From the NCBI GenBank assembly GCA_902533445.1, contig CACALX010000003.1, positions 7,111-71,110 of the forward strand: a stretch of DNA of 64,000 nucleotides, given 5' to 3'. Each line of letters begins with the position of its first letter. The stretch's first letter is position 1. This DNA comes from an uncultured Pelagibacteraceae bacterium. Its GTDB lineage: Bacteria > Pseudomonadota > Alphaproteobacteria > Pelagibacterales > Pelagibacteraceae. Both the position numbers and the translations under genes were made by a program. The notes beneath the pieces are model-generated. The model worked only from the letters and a program-made list of their open reading frames with translations. It made no database searches and was not told the DNA's origin. This document shows, piece by piece, positions 20,162 to 31,206 of the stretch.

Positions 20162-21299
20162 GTTTTTTATCTTCTAATTTATAAAAATTTAATCTGTGAT
20201 TAATTTTGTTATCTTTAATATCAAAAATTCCTATCTTTCCTTTAAATGAATTTTTTTTTTTAAATAATTTTTCCATTTTTGAAAGATCTGATTTCAATGA
20301 AAGATAATATACTAAACCAACTAAATCATAACTTAACAGTGAGAGATGGGATGGGTTTTGATTAAAAGCATTAAAATATTTGATTTTATAATCATCAAAA
20401 TTTTCTTTATTAATTGAGGGATAATAAATTGGTTGAATATTTGTTTCTTCCATTAAACTTTCATCAAACCATTGGTTAAGGCTTATAAAGTATTTATTTT
20501 TTGGAGACACATCAGTGTAGAGTAAAGAAGTTGCAACACTTTTAAGACTTTCATCAAAATCAGATATAACAACTGCATCAAAATTAACATTTCCAATTGT
20601 ATATTTTTTTTCTAAGTTTTTTATTTTTCTTTCTTTATTTGGTTCATTTGATTCTTTAATTCTTTGAATTTCATCTGCTAGATTTTGTTTTCTAATTTTA
20701 TATTTGGTTATTTCCTCAATTTGTTTTGTAAGCTTAGTTGGTTCAGTATTATATTCAAAATTTTTAAAAATTTTTATTTTTGAATTTTTTAAACCGTCCT
20801 TTACTTCAAACTCAAAATTTTGAATTGGTGTTAAAAAAAGAGTTTTTTTTAAATTATTTTCATCTAAAAATCTTTTTATAGTATTAAACTGTGAAGTAGA
20901 ATTTATTCCAGCAGAAATTACATTTTTAGGCAAATCCAAAGTCTTATTTGTTAAAGATAAAAAAGTTAAATCTTCCATCTCATCCAAATAAGTTAAGCTC
21001 TCATGAAATATTGGTCCAATAACAATTTTTATTCCCATTTGTTTTAATTCAAAAGCAGACTTAAGAGTTTGGTTAGCTCTTGTTGCGGTATCTTTTGGAT
21101 AAATTTCAATTAAATCATTATTAATATCTTTGACAGCTAAACTTACAGCCTTAACAATAGATGAGCCTAGATCTTTATTTTCTCCAGTCATCGGAACCAA
21201 CAGTCCAATTTTTATTTTTTCATTGGCATAAACTAAATTTAAGAAGTTTAAGGATAAGAGAAGTAAAGAAATAGAAATAATTTTGATAATCTTTTTCAT
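20145..21299 (-). CDS. LppC/penicillin-binding-protein-activator-like periplasmic protein
   Basis: Signal peptide, KIGLLVPMTG, VIGPIF, SYD and FKGKIGIF motifs; divergent from rsmI as in other proteobacteria. Confidence 0.75.
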   Translation of the reverse strand: MKKIIKIISISLLLLSLNFLNLVYANEKIKIGLLVPMTGENKDLGSSIVKAVSLAVKDINNDLIEIYPKDTATRANQTLKSAFELKQMGIKIVIGPIFHESLTYLDEMEDLTFLSLTNKTLDLPKNVISAGINSTSQFNTIKRFLDENNLKKTLFLTPIQNFEFEVKDGLKNSKIKIFKNFEYNTEPTKLTKQIEEITKYKIRKQNLADEIQRIKESNEPNKERKIKNLEKKYTIGNVNFDAVVISDFDESLKSVATSLLYTDVSPKNKYFISLNQWFDESLMEETNIQPIYYPSINKENFDDYKIKYFNAFNQNPSHLSLLSYDLVGLVYYLSLKSDLSKMEKLFKKKNSFKGKIGIFDIKDNKINHRLNFYKLEDKKLTEIF

Positions 21300-21332
21300 T
21301 TTAATGTTATTATATAATTTTTAAGCTGAATT

Positions 21333-22193
21333 ATGATCACAAAAACACAATTTAAATCAAATGATTATAAATATGGGCTTTATTTAGTAGCAACACCAAT
21401 AGGCAATTTAAAAGATATATCATTTAGATCATTAGAGGTCCTGGAAAAATCAGATTATATACTTTGTGAAGATACTCGTGTTTCTAAGAATTTATTAGAT
21501 AAGTATAAAATTAGATCAAAATTGATTTCAAATCATAAATTTAATGAAAAAAAAAATACATTACAGATAATCGAATATTTAAAATCAGGTAAATTAATTT
21601 CACTTATATCTGATGCAGGAACACCAGTTATCTCTGATCCAGGTTTAATTTTAGTAAATGAATGTATAAAAAATAATATTAATATATTTTCAATACCTGG
21701 ACCATCAGCAGTTACAACTGCTGTTTCAGCAAGTGGATTTTCTGACAAATATTTTTTTTACGGTTTCTTACCAGAAAAAAAAAATCAAATAGAGGATGAA
21801 TTAAAAAAACTATCAAACTTTAATCACAGTTTAGTTTTCTTTTCATCATCAAAAAAAGTAAACAAAGTTATTCCAGGATTTAAAAATTTTTTTGCTGGAA
21901 GAAAAGTAGTGTTTTGTAGGGAGATATCCAAACTATATGAGGAGTATATTAGAAAGAATATTGATGAATTAGAATTATTTAATAATGAATTAAAAGGCGA
22001 ATTAACAATAGTAATTTCTGAAAAAAAAGAAGAAAATACTTCACAAAAGCTAAGTGAATCAGATATTAATTTGATTAAGAAAATGATAAACAAATTAAGT
22101 ACGAAAGAAATTACAGATTTAATTACCAGTAATAAAAATATTTCAAAAAAAGTAGTTTATAATTTTTGCTTAAAATTAAAAAATGAGAATTAA
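21333..22193 (+). CDS. rsmI: 16S rRNA C1402 2'-O-methyltransferase
   Basis: LYLVATPIGNL, CEDTR, SDAGTP and REISK motifs. Confidence 0.96.
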   Translation: MITKTQFKSNDYKYGLYLVATPIGNLKDISFRSLEVLEKSDYILCEDTRVSKNLLDKYKIRSKLISNHKFNEKKNTLQIIEYLKSGKLISLISDAGTPVISDPGLILVNECIKNNINIFSIPGPSAVTTAVSASGFSDKYFFYGFLPEKKNQIEDELKKLSNFNHSLVFFSSSKKVNKVIPGFKNFFAGRKVVFCREISKLYEEYIRKNIDELELFNNELKGELTIVISEKKEENTSQKLSESDINLIKKMINKLSTKEITDLITSNKNISKKVVYNFCLKLKNEN

Positions 22194-22779
22194 AAATTTA
22201 ATAATTATTCTTTTATCAATTGTTTTGACTGGTTGTGCTGCCGGAGTTGGTTCATCTGGTTTATTTGGAACTGGTGTATCAGTTGCGATGGATCCAAGAA
22301 CATTTGGAACTCAAATAGATGATTCTATTATGCAAAAAACTATTTCAACTAAAATACTTGCTTTGGACAAAAAACATTTCTTACAAGTTAAATCAAAAGT
22401 TTTAGATGGGAGAATTTTTATAACTGGAAAAGTAGATGAACCTGAAGATAAATTAAAAATTACAAAAATTGCTTGGGAAATTAAAGGAGCTAGATCTGTT
22501 AGAAATGATATTAAAATAAAAGAGAAATTTAATTTTAAACAATCTGCAAAAGATTTGCTTATCACTTCTCAATTAAGAACAGCTTTAATAGTTAATAAAA
22601 ATATCAAAGCAACCAACTATCAAATAGATACTTATAAAAAGAAAATTTATGTTTATGGAATAGCTTTAACTGATGAAGAAAAAGAAATGGTTATCAGTGA
22701 AGCAAAAGAAATTCTAGATGTTGAAGATGTTGTGGCAAGTATTTTATTACTTGAGGATTTGAGAATTCAAAAAAATTAA
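22183..22779 (+). CDS. Dual BON-domain lipoprotein (DolP/YraP-like)
   Basis: Lipobox LTGC, DPRTFGTQIDD and two BON repeats. Confidence 0.85.
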   Translation: MRIKNLIIILLSIVLTGCAAGVGSSGLFGTGVSVAMDPRTFGTQIDDSIMQKTISTKILALDKKHFLQVKSKVLDGRIFITGKVDEPEDKLKITKIAWEIKGARSVRNDIKIKEKFNFKQSAKDLLITSQLRTALIVNKNIKATNYQIDTYKKKIYVYGIALTDEEKEMVISEAKEILDVEDVVASILLLEDLRIQKN

Positions 22780-25064
22780 TCAATTTTATATTCAATTACC
22801 TCAGATGAATAAGCAGCAATCGAAGCTAAATTAATAATTTCAGATGTTGAAGATCTAAGCGGAGCAATTTCAATTGGTAAACCAAGTCCAATCAATAATG
22901 GTCCTATAACTTTAGTATCACCTAAAGTTTTCATTAGTTTATAAGATATTGCTGCACTATGTTGTCCAGGCATAATTAAGATATTGGCTTTACCTACTAT
23001 TTTTGCAAAAGGATAGAGTTCTTCGTAATCAGGATTTAGAGCAACATCAGGCTGCATGTCACCGTCAAATTCAAAATTAACTTGTTTATCTTTTAAAATA
23101 TCTACTGCCGTGCGAATATGTTTTGTTCTACTTGTCAAAGGTTGTCCGAATGTGGAGTGTGAAACAAATGCTATTTTTGGATCAATTCCAAAAAGTCTTA
23201 CTACTCTTGCAGCTGAAATTGCAATCTCAGCCATTTCTTCTGATGTAGGGTATTCATGAACGCTTGTATCTGCAATGAAAATAGTTTTCCCCTTATTGAC
23301 AACCATGTTTAGTCCAAACATTATTTCACCTTTTCTAACATCAACAACTTGTTTAATTTTTTCAAGAGATGCTCCAAAACGTCTAGTATTTCCTGTAACT
23401 GCACCATCTGCATCCCCACAAGCGACCATGCTAGTAGCCCAGACAACTCTATCGTTTCTGACCATTCTATCACAATCTCGTTCTAATAAACCTTGTTCTC
23501 TTTGAAGTTTTTTGAATAGATGATTTACATATTTTTTTCTTTTTTCTTCGTCTTTTGAATTAGTAATTTCAATATCAAAATTTTCGCTGTAACCTATATT
23601 TTTAATCTGCTCTTTAATTTTACTTTCTTTACCAACTAAAATTGGAATACCAAGTTTTGAATTTTTAAATGCTATTGCGGCTTTCAAAGTATTTTCATCT
23701 TCCCCATCTGCAAAAACAATTCTTTTTTGATTTTTTTTAATGAAAGAGTTTATACCTTGCATAATTGTAACTGTTGGGTCTAATCTTTGTTTTAGTCGCT
23801 CTTTATAGTTTTCAAAGTCATCAATTTTTTTTCTAGCAACTCCACTTTCAATTGCTGCTCTGGCTACAGCAGCTGGAATAACACTAATTAATCTTGGATC
23901 AAAGGTTGATGGGATTATATAATCTTTCCCATAATGAGGTCTTTCTCCACCCATAGCTGCTACAACCTCATCTGGCACATCTTCTCTAGCAAGTTTTGCT
24001 ATAGCTTCAGCAGCAGCAACTTTCATTTCTTCATTGATTGTTTTCGATCTTACATCTAGTGCACCTCTAAATATGTAAGGAAATCCAATTAAATTATTTA
24101 CTTGATTGGGATAATCTGATCTTCCAGTTGCAACAATTGCATCATTTCTTACTTCATTTATTTCTTCCGGTGTAATTTCTGGATCAGGATTTGCACATGC
24201 AAATATAATTGGATTTTTGGACATACTCTTAATCATTTCTTTTTTTAAAACACCTTTTGAGGACAATCCTAAGAATACATCAGCCCCTTTAATAGCATCA
24301 CTTAAAGTTCTTAAATCTGTGTTAATTGCAAATCTTGATTTCCATTGATCTATACCTTCTGCTCTTCCTTTATAAATCACACCTTTTCGATCTAGCATTA
24401 TTAGATTTTCAGATTTAACACCTGAGTTAATAAATAACTCTGTACATGCCTGAGCAGATGCACCAGCACCATTAACAACGACTTTTATATCTTTAATCAA
24501 TTTTCCACTTATATCGAGCGCGTTCAGTAAAGCTGCTGTTGTGATAATTGCTGTTCCATGTTGATCATCATGAAATACTGGAATATCTAATATTTCTTTA
24601 AGTTTTTGCTCAATTATAAAACAATCTGGTGCTGCTATATCTTCTAAATTTATTCCTCCAAAACTTGGGGCAAAATTTTTAATTGAATTGATAATTTCCT
24701 CAGCATCTTTACAGTCTATTTCTAAATCAATCGAATCTATATCTGCAAACCTTTTAAAAAGTACTGCCTTTCCTTCCATAACTGGTTTAGAGGCTAATGC
24801 CCCTAAGTTGCCCAATCCTAAAATTGCAGAACCATTACTAATTACGGCTACTAAATTTCCTTTACTCGTATAATCATAAACTGCTTCTGGATCCTCACTT
24901 ATTTTTTTAACTGGGGCAGCAACCCCCGGAGAATAAGCAAGAGCAAGGTCTCTTTTAGTAGTCATGTTCTTTGAAGAAATTATTTCAATCTTGCCAGGTT
25001 TTTTATCCTTATGAAAATCTAAAGCTTCTTTATCTGTGTAATGATCAATATGTGTTTTTTTCAT
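22776..25064 (-). CDS. maeB: NADP-dependent malic enzyme with PTA-like domain
   Basis: LAYSPGVA, KPVMEGK, FHDDQHGT and TGRSDYPNQVNN motifs; 762 aa. Confidence 0.97.
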   Translation of the reverse strand: MKKTHIDHYTDKEALDFHKDKKPGKIEIISSKNMTTKRDLALAYSPGVAAPVKKISEDPEAVYDYTSKGNLVAVISNGSAILGLGNLGALASKPVMEGKAVLFKRFADIDSIDLEIDCKDAEEIINSIKNFAPSFGGINLEDIAAPDCFIIEQKLKEILDIPVFHDDQHGTAIITTAALLNALDISGKLIKDIKVVVNGAGASAQACTELFINSGVKSENLIMLDRKGVIYKGRAEGIDQWKSRFAINTDLRTLSDAIKGADVFLGLSSKGVLKKEMIKSMSKNPIIFACANPDPEITPEEINEVRNDAIVATGRSDYPNQVNNLIGFPYIFRGALDVRSKTINEEMKVAAAEAIAKLAREDVPDEVVAAMGGERPHYGKDYIIPSTFDPRLISVIPAAVARAAIESGVARKKIDDFENYKERLKQRLDPTVTIMQGINSFIKKNQKRIVFADGEDENTLKAAIAFKNSKLGIPILVGKESKIKEQIKNIGYSENFDIEITNSKDEEKRKKYVNHLFKKLQREQGLLERDCDRMVRNDRVVWATSMVACGDADGAVTGNTRRFGASLEKIKQVVDVRKGEIMFGLNMVVNKGKTIFIADTSVHEYPTSEEMAEIAISAARVVRLFGIDPKIAFVSHSTFGQPLTSRTKHIRTAVDILKDKQVNFEFDGDMQPDVALNPDYEELYPFAKIVGKANILIMPGQHSAAISYKLMKTLGDTKVIGPLLIGLGLPIEIAPLRSSTSEIINLASIAAYSSEVIEYKID

Positions 25065-25182
25065 TTTTATTAAACTGAATATAAATTTTATCTATTTTAT
25101 ATTTTTTATTATTTGGAATATTTGATCTGTATATTCTGATAATAATTATACAATTAGGGTAAAATTAAGACTAATATGATTT

Positions 25183-26712
25183 ATGAACTTAATTAAGTCA
25201 ACAGGCACATTTGGCTTTTATACCATCATTAGCAGATTGCTTGGATATATTAGAGATATATTAATTGCAATATTTCTTGGAACAGGTTTGTTGGCAGATG
25301 CTTTTTTTGTAGCATTTCGAATTCCAAATACATTTAGAAGATTATTTTCAGAAGGAACTTTCAATGCAGCATTTGTACCTAGCTATACGTCTGAAATGAA
25401 TAAAGGAAAAAAATCTGCAAACAAATTTGCAAATAATATTTTTAATCTTTTATTTTTAGGTCTCTTAATTTTAACAATAGTCGTTCAAATTTTTATGCCT
25501 GGATTTGTATCAATTATTGCCCCAGGTTTTATAGATGATCTAGAAAAAATGGATATAGCTATCAGTTTAACAAGGATTACTTTTCCTTTTTTATTATTTA
25601 TTAGTTTGGCATCTTTTTTTTCTGCAATATTAAATTCTCATAATAAATTTGCTGCAGCTTCAGCAGCACCAATTCTATTAAATGTTATTTTAATAATTGT
25701 TTTATTATTTTCTAAAGCTTTAGGAGATCAGCTTGTTTACTATTTATCTTATGGTGTATCTTTAGCAGGATTCTTGCAGTTAATTTTTTTATATTATTTT
25801 GTTAAAAGATTTTTTTCATTTAAATTTAATTTTAAGTTAGCAAGTGATGAAAAGGTAAAGTTTTTTTTTAGAAAATTACTACCGAGCATTTTTTCATCTG
25901 GCGTAACGCAAATTAATATTTTGGTTGGAACAATTATTGCATCTTTTCAAGCTAGCGCAGTTTCTTATCTTTATTACGCAGACAGAATTTATCAGATCAA
26001 TCTAGCGATAGCTGGTATTGCCATTGGAGTTGTGATTCTGCCGCAACTTTCAAGGTTTATAGACTCAAAAAATGATAAAAAAATTTCTCTTATTCAAAAC
26101 AAAGCTTTAGAGTTGAGTTTATTTTTAAGTATTCCAGCAACGATAGCTTTAGTGATTGCTTCAGAGGAAATAATTTCAGCGTTGTTTGGTTATGGTAACT
26201 TTAATAAAGAATCTGTTGTTAACTCAAGTCTTGCTTTATTTTATTTTGCTTTAGGTTTACCTGCTTTTGCTTTGATAAAAGTTTTTTCAAGTTTTTTATT
26301 TGCTAATCATAATACAAAAATACCATTTTATATTTCATTAATTTCGGTCCTTTTAAATATTTTGATTAGCATTTATTATTTTAACAAAATAGGTTTTATT
26401 ATAATTCCAATTGCAACATCAATTTCATCGTGGTTTAATGCAGCTCTATTATTTATATGCTTAAAAAATAATAATTTATTCTATTTTCAAAATAACTTTT
26501 TTTTAAATTTTTTTAAAATAATTTTTGCATCAATTTTAATGGGATTATTCTTTAATTTTCTATTAAACTTTTTTGAAAATCAACTTTCATTTTATTATAG
26601 TTTTAAATCAATTTATTTAATCTTAAGCGTATTATTTGCACTATTCTTTTACATATTTATTTGTTATTTCATCAAAGCTTTTAAAATTAGTGATATTAAA
26701 ATAAACTATTAA
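25183..26712 (+). CDS. murJ: Lipid II flippase MurJ
   Basis: [24 protein letters not shown] and LYYADRIYQ motifs. Confidence 0.97.
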   Translation: MNLIKSTGTFGFYTIISRLLGYIRDILIAIFLGTGLLADAFFVAFRIPNTFRRLFSEGTFNAAFVPSYTSEMNKGKKSANKFANNIFNLLFLGLLILTIVVQIFMPGFVSIIAPGFIDDLEKMDIAISLTRITFPFLLFISLASFFSAILNSHNKFAAASAAPILLNVILIIVLLFSKALGDQLVYYLSYGVSLAGFLQLIFLYYFVKRFFSFKFNFKLASDEKVKFFFRKLLPSIFSSGVTQINILVGTIIASFQASAVSYLYYADRIYQINLAIAGIAIGVVILPQLSRFIDSKNDKKISLIQNKALELSLFLSIPATIALVIASEEIISALFGYGNFNKESVVNSSLALFYFALGLPAFALIKVFSSFLFANHNTKIPFYISLISVLLNILISIYYFNKIGFIIIPIATSISSWFNAALLFICLKNNNLFYFQNNFFLNFFKIIFASILMGLFFNFLLNFFENQLSFYYSFKSIYLILSVLFALFFYIFICYFIKAFKISDIKINY

Positions 26713-26716
26713 AAAT

Positions 26717-27718
26717 ATGGGTAAAAAAATATTTTCTGGTGTTCAGCCAACAGGTAATCTTCACCTCGGTAATTATTTGGGTGCAATCAAAAACTTTGTA
26801 GACCTTAATAATGACGTTGATAATGATTGTATATTCTGTGTGGTTGATCTGCATGCAATTACAGTTAAACAAGACCCAAAAGAGCTAAAAAACAATATTC
26901 GAGAGACCGTAGCTACTTTTATAGCAAGTGGAATTGATCCTAAAAAAAGTATTATTTTTAATCAATCTGGTGTAGCGGCTCATTCAGAGGGAGCTTGGAT
27001 TTTGAGCTGTGTTGCTCGAATGGGTTGGTTAAATAGAATGACGCAATTCAAGGAAAAAGCAGGTAAAGATAAAGAAAAAGCAAGCATTGGACTGTACTCA
27101 TATCCTGTTTTAATGGCAGCAGATATTCTTTTGTACGATGCGACTCATGTCCCTGTTGGTGATGATCAAAAACAACATCTTGAGCTATGTAGAGATATTG
27201 CTCAAAAGTTTAATAACGATTTTGATCAAGATAACTTTTTACAAGTACCTGAACCTTTAATACAAAAAGAATTTTCTAGAATTATGAGTTTAAAAGATGG
27301 ATCAAAAAAGATGAGTAAATCTGAATTATCAGATTTAAGCAGAATTAATTTAACAGATGACAGAGATGCAATTGAAAATAAAATAAAAAAAGCAAAAACT
27401 GATCCGTTACCAATTCCAAGTAGTGTCGAAGAATTAAATGAGAGGTTAGAGGCAAAAAACCTTCTTGGCATATATTCTAGTTTAAATAATTCAACTTTAC
27501 AAAATACAGTCGAAAATTTTTCAGGTAAAAATTTTTCTGAATTTAAAAATCAACTTTCTGATTTATTGGTTAAAAAAATTGAACCTATATCTTTAGAAAT
27601 AAAAAAACTTTTAAATGATCAACCTTATTTAGATAAAATCCTTCTAGAAGGAGTTGAAAAAGCAAACTTAATTGCATCAAAAAAGATAGATAGAATTAAA
27701 GAAATACTAGGATTTTAA
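26717..27718 (+). CDS. trpS: Tryptophan--tRNA ligase
   Basis: SGVQPTG, HLGN, VPVGDDQ and KMSKS motifs. Confidence 0.99.
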   Translation: MGKKIFSGVQPTGNLHLGNYLGAIKNFVDLNNDVDNDCIFCVVDLHAITVKQDPKELKNNIRETVATFIASGIDPKKSIIFNQSGVAAHSEGAWILSCVARMGWLNRMTQFKEKAGKDKEKASIGLYSYPVLMAADILLYDATHVPVGDDQKQHLELCRDIAQKFNNDFDQDNFLQVPEPLIQKEFSRIMSLKDGSKKMSKSELSDLSRINLTDDRDAIENKIKKAKTDPLPIPSSVEELNERLEAKNLLGIYSSLNNSTLQNTVENFSGKNFSEFKNQLSDLLVKKIEPISLEIKKLLNDQPYLDKILLEGVEKANLIASKKIDRIKEILGF

Positions 27719-27774
27719 TATAATTTAAATTTCAAGTTTAAATTTTAGAAATAAGCTCTATATATATTTACAAC

Positions 27775-28314
27775 ATGTTCGTACAAACAGAAATAACGCC
27801 AAATCCTAATTCTTTGAAATTTCTTCCCGGGAAGAAAGTATCAAATAGTGGTCCTTACGAAATCACAAATAAAGATCAGATAAATAATGATTTGGTCAGA
27901 AATATCTTATCTGTCAATGGGGTTGAGGGTATTTTTTTAGGACAGGATTTTATTTCAGTAAACAAAAATGAACAAATTAAATGGGACGAAATTAAACATA
28001 TTGTTATTTCATTAATAAACGATTTTTATTTAGATGGTAAAGAATACGTAATTGATGAAAATGAAGAGGAAAAAAATAACAATTTGAGTGAAATTGAGGA
28101 AAAAATTGTAAAAATTTTAGATCAAAAAATTAGACCTGCAGTTGCAAGAGATGGTGGTGATATAAAATTTAAAGAATTTAAAGACGGAATAGTAAAAGTA
28201 CAATTACAAGGAAGTTGTTCAGGCTGTCCAAGCTCGACAATGACTTTAAAGCAAGGAGTACAAAATCTTCTATGTCACTATCTTCCAGAAGTAAAAGAAG
28301 TTGTTGCAATATAA
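27775..28314 (+). CDS. NifU/Nfu-type Fe-S carrier protein
   Basis: TPNPNSLKF and RPAVARDGGD...GSCSGCPSS motifs. Confidence 0.93.
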   Translation: MFVQTEITPNPNSLKFLPGKKVSNSGPYEITNKDQINNDLVRNILSVNGVEGIFLGQDFISVNKNEQIKWDEIKHIVISLINDFYLDGKEYVIDENEEEKNNNLSEIEEKIVKILDQKIRPAVARDGGDIKFKEFKDGIVKVQLQGSCSGCPSSTMTLKQGVQNLLCHYLPEVKEVVAI

Positions 28315-28320
28315 AAGTTT

Positions 28321-29388
28321 ATGAAAAAAAATTTAATAAAATTTCAATTTAGTAAAAATAAAAGTATTAATTCTATTTCTAGATTTATGTTAAGTGGGAT
28401 TTTTTTAATCTCATTTTTTTATGTAACACCAATTTTTATTAACTTTGCTGAAAAAAATTTTAATCATAAAGAATTTACAAATAATTCTAAAAATCTTTTA
28501 TTAAAAAAACTTAATACAAATGGCTTAATTGAAGAAGATGTCTCAGGTGAAGTAGATGAGATGGATTTACTTTATGATATTTTAGAGGAAAATAATTCAG
28601 AAATTAATTTAGTCAGGTATACAACCTCAGAAATTAATTCATTATTTAAAGAGGTAAACTATAACTTAAAAGATGTGAGGGAAAATAAACTTGTAAAGCC
28701 TATCGATATAGGACTTCTTCCAAACGAAATAAATGACATCTCTAGTTCAAAGAAAAAAAAAGAGATGTTTATTAAAATAATCCTCCCATTGATCGTTAAA
28801 GAAAACACTAAAATTAGAATAGATAGAAAAAGACTCTTTACGATTTTAAATAAAAGTAGCAATACCGACATCGAAAAAAAATGGCTTGAAAAAAAGTTTA
28901 AGCAATATGGTGTTAGACAAAATGATTTTTCATCATTAAAGGTAAGAATGGATGAAATTCCAGCTTCGTTAGCAATTGCACAAGCAGCAAAAGAAACAGG
29001 TTGGGGGACTTCAAGATTTGCAAGAAAAGGAAATGCTTTATTTGGTCAATGGACATGGTCAGGTGAAGGTTTAAAGCCCAAAGAAGCTGAGAAAGGCGAA
29101 ACTCATAAAGTAATGAAATTTAATAGTTTACAGTTATCTGTAAGAGCATACTTAAGAAATTTAAATACTCATAATTCCTACATAAATCTGAGAAAAGCTA
29201 GAAGTGAATTGAGAAGTAATGATAAACCACTTGATAGTATAATTTTATCTGAACATTTAGATAAATATGCAGAAACTGGAAGTCAGTACATTGAAGTACT
29301 ACAAAAAATAATTAGTCAAAATAAATTGAAAGATTTTGATGAGGCAAGATTATTACCATCTAGTAAGGATTTAGAAAGCTTGATTTAA
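28321..29388 (+). CDS. Glucosaminidase-domain (Bax-like) protein
   Basis: N-terminal TM segment; AQAAKETGWGTSRFA, NALFG and NLNTH motifs. Confidence 0.85.
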   Translation: MKKNLIKFQFSKNKSINSISRFMLSGIFLISFFYVTPIFINFAEKNFNHKEFTNNSKNLLLKKLNTNGLIEEDVSGEVDEMDLLYDILEENNSEINLVRYTTSEINSLFKEVNYNLKDVRENKLVKPIDIGLLPNEINDISSSKKKKEMFIKIILPLIVKENTKIRIDRKRLFTILNKSSNTDIEKKWLEKKFKQYGVRQNDFSSLKVRMDEIPASLAIAQAAKETGWGTSRFARKGNALFGQWTWSGEGLKPKEAEKGETHKVMKFNSLQLSVRAYLRNLNTHNSYINLRKARSELRSNDKPLDSIILSEHLDKYAETGSQYIEVLQKIISQNKLKDFDEARLLPSSKDLESLI

Positions 29389-30446
29389 TTTTTCTTGATA
29401 GGAAATTGAACTCCAAACCATCTCCATTTACCATTATCGTTTAAAGAACAGTTTATCCTACCTCTTCTAGGTTTAAAAGGTTCTCTAAATTCAATAGTTA
29501 AGATTTGATTAGATAAATTAGTTTTAGATTTATCCCACTTGTCTCCTTCGTTGGAATAACATGTGATATTGGTTAAATTTTTTTGTTCTTTAAAAAACTC
29601 AACTTTAAAATTTGGTGGATTATTATTTATTGTAAGCTGTTTTTCACTTGGAGATAAACTTTTATATTCTAAAGGATAATAATTAATTATAGATTTAAAT
29701 CTTTTAAGCTCTCCATATTTTTCATTTATTGGAAATCTTGGCAATTCAAATTTATTTTTATTAAGATCAATAACTCCCGAATGTTGGCCAAATGCGTATT
29801 TAAAGTTTTGAGAAATATAATCTTTCATAAATTTAGAATATTCACCAAATGGATAAGAGAATAGACCAGGAATATAATTAAGTTCGTGTTTAAAAATTTT
29901 GTTTGCAGTTTCAATATCTAAAATGAAATTTTCTTCAGTTTCTTCTATTAGGTATTCGTGGCTATGTGAATGGTGTCCAATTAAAGAAAAATCTACTTCA
30001 TCAATTTCTCTAATTTGATCCCAGGTCATATAACCCTTGTTTCCAACTGGTTCTGTTGAAACAAAAAGTATAAATGGAATTTTGTTATCTCTTAAATGTG
30101 GCCAAGCTTCATTGTAAAATGATTCAAATGCATCATCAATTGTTATCAAAACTTCTTTTTCTGATTTTGAAGTTTTAAATTTTGAATCAAATTCATTAGG
30201 ATTAAGAAAATTGTATTTAGAATTTTTAACAATTTCTAAGTGCTTCTTAAATACCTCCATATTAATATTAGTTGACGGGTATTTATGTTCATTAAAACGA
30301 TGATACATTATTGATAAAATCCCATTATCTTCTGAATAAAATTTGATATTATTTTCATCTGATTTAGAACTAAAACTAAAAAACAAAGATAAAATGAATA
30401 AACTTATAATTGATGTAGCTGGAGATAAAATTTTTTTAATGATCAT
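29385..30446 (-). CDS. Secreted polysaccharide deacetylase (CE4/NodB)
   Basis: Signal peptide; MYHRF, ITIDDA, HSHSH and FSYPFG motifs. Confidence 0.9.
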   Translation of the reverse strand: MIIKKILSPATSIISLFILSLFFSFSSKSDENNIKFYSEDNGILSIMYHRFNEHKYPSTNINMEVFKKHLEIVKNSKYNFLNPNEFDSKFKTSKSEKEVLITIDDAFESFYNEAWPHLRDNKIPFILFVSTEPVGNKGYMTWDQIREIDEVDFSLIGHHSHSHEYLIEETEENFILDIETANKIFKHELNYIPGLFSYPFGEYSKFMKDYISQNFKYAFGQHSGVIDLNKNKFELPRFPINEKYGELKRFKSIINYYPLEYKSLSPSEKQLTINNNPPNFKVEFFKEQKNLTNITCYSNEGDKWDKSKTNLSNQILTIEFREPFKPRRGRINCSLNDNGKWRWFGVQFPIKKN

Positions 30447-30780
30447 AGCTAATGATCATATTTACAATATTACTCATGAGAATACTAAAATAAATTATGA
30501 AAAATTAACTTTGATAATAAAAGAATTTTTAGAATTAAATAAATTTGAATTGAAGGATATTAACAATATATACATTAACAGAGGCCCAGGAAGTTTTGCA
30601 GGGATTAGAAATTCTATTTCTGTTGTGAAGGCTCTCAAATTAGCGAAAAATATTGATTATTATTGCTACAGCTTAGAGGATTTTAAAGGTGAAAAAGATG
30701 TAAAATATGAAAATGTCCCTTATTTGTGCAATAAATTTAAAATAAAAAAAAATTTGATTAACCCTATTTATATAAGTTAA
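30394..30780 (+). CDS. tsaB: Short TsaB (t6A biosynthesis) homolog
   Basis: LIIDV and GPGSFAGIR motifs; sits ahead of fur-miaB as in other alphaproteobacteria; start ATG 30394. Confidence 0.75.
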   Translation: MNKLIIDVAGDKIFLMIIANDHIYNITHENTKINYEKLTLIIKEFLELNKFELKDINNIYINRGPGSFAGIRNSISVVKALKLAKNIDYYCYSLEDFKGEKDVKYENVPYLCNKFKIKKNLINPIYIS

Positions 30781-30789
30781 AATTAAATT

Positions 30790-31200
30790 ATGTCTGAAAC
30801 AATTGAACAAAAATGTTTAGCAAAAGGTGTGAAATTGACAGATCAGAGAAAAATAATTGCTCAGGTCATGTCCGAGTCTACCGATCATCCCGATGTTGAT
30901 GAACTTTATAATAGAGTTTCAAAGATTGATAATAAAATAAGTATTGCTACCGTCTACAGAACAGTAAAATTATTTGAAGAGTCTGGAATACTTACAAAGC
31001 ATGAGTTTAAAGGTGGAAAAGCAAGGTACGAAGAGCTTAATGAAGGACATCATGATCATTTAATAGATGTGAAGTCAGGTGAAATAATAGAATTTGTTGA
31101 TGAAGAAATCGAAAAACTTCAAAAAAAAGTAGCAGACAAATATGGTTACACTTTAGTTGATCATAAGCTTGAACTTTATGGGATAAAAAAAAAATCCTAA
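30790..31200 (+). CDS. fur: Fur/Mur family regulator
   Basis: TDQR, DHPDV, ATVYRT and HHDHLID motifs. Confidence 0.93.
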   Translation: MSETIEQKCLAKGVKLTDQRKIIAQVMSESTDHPDVDELYNRVSKIDNKISIATVYRTVKLFEESGILTKHEFKGGKARYEELNEGHHDHLIDVKSGEIIEFVDEEIEKLQKKVADKYGYTLVDHKLELYGIKKKS

Positions 31201-31206
31201 ATTAGA

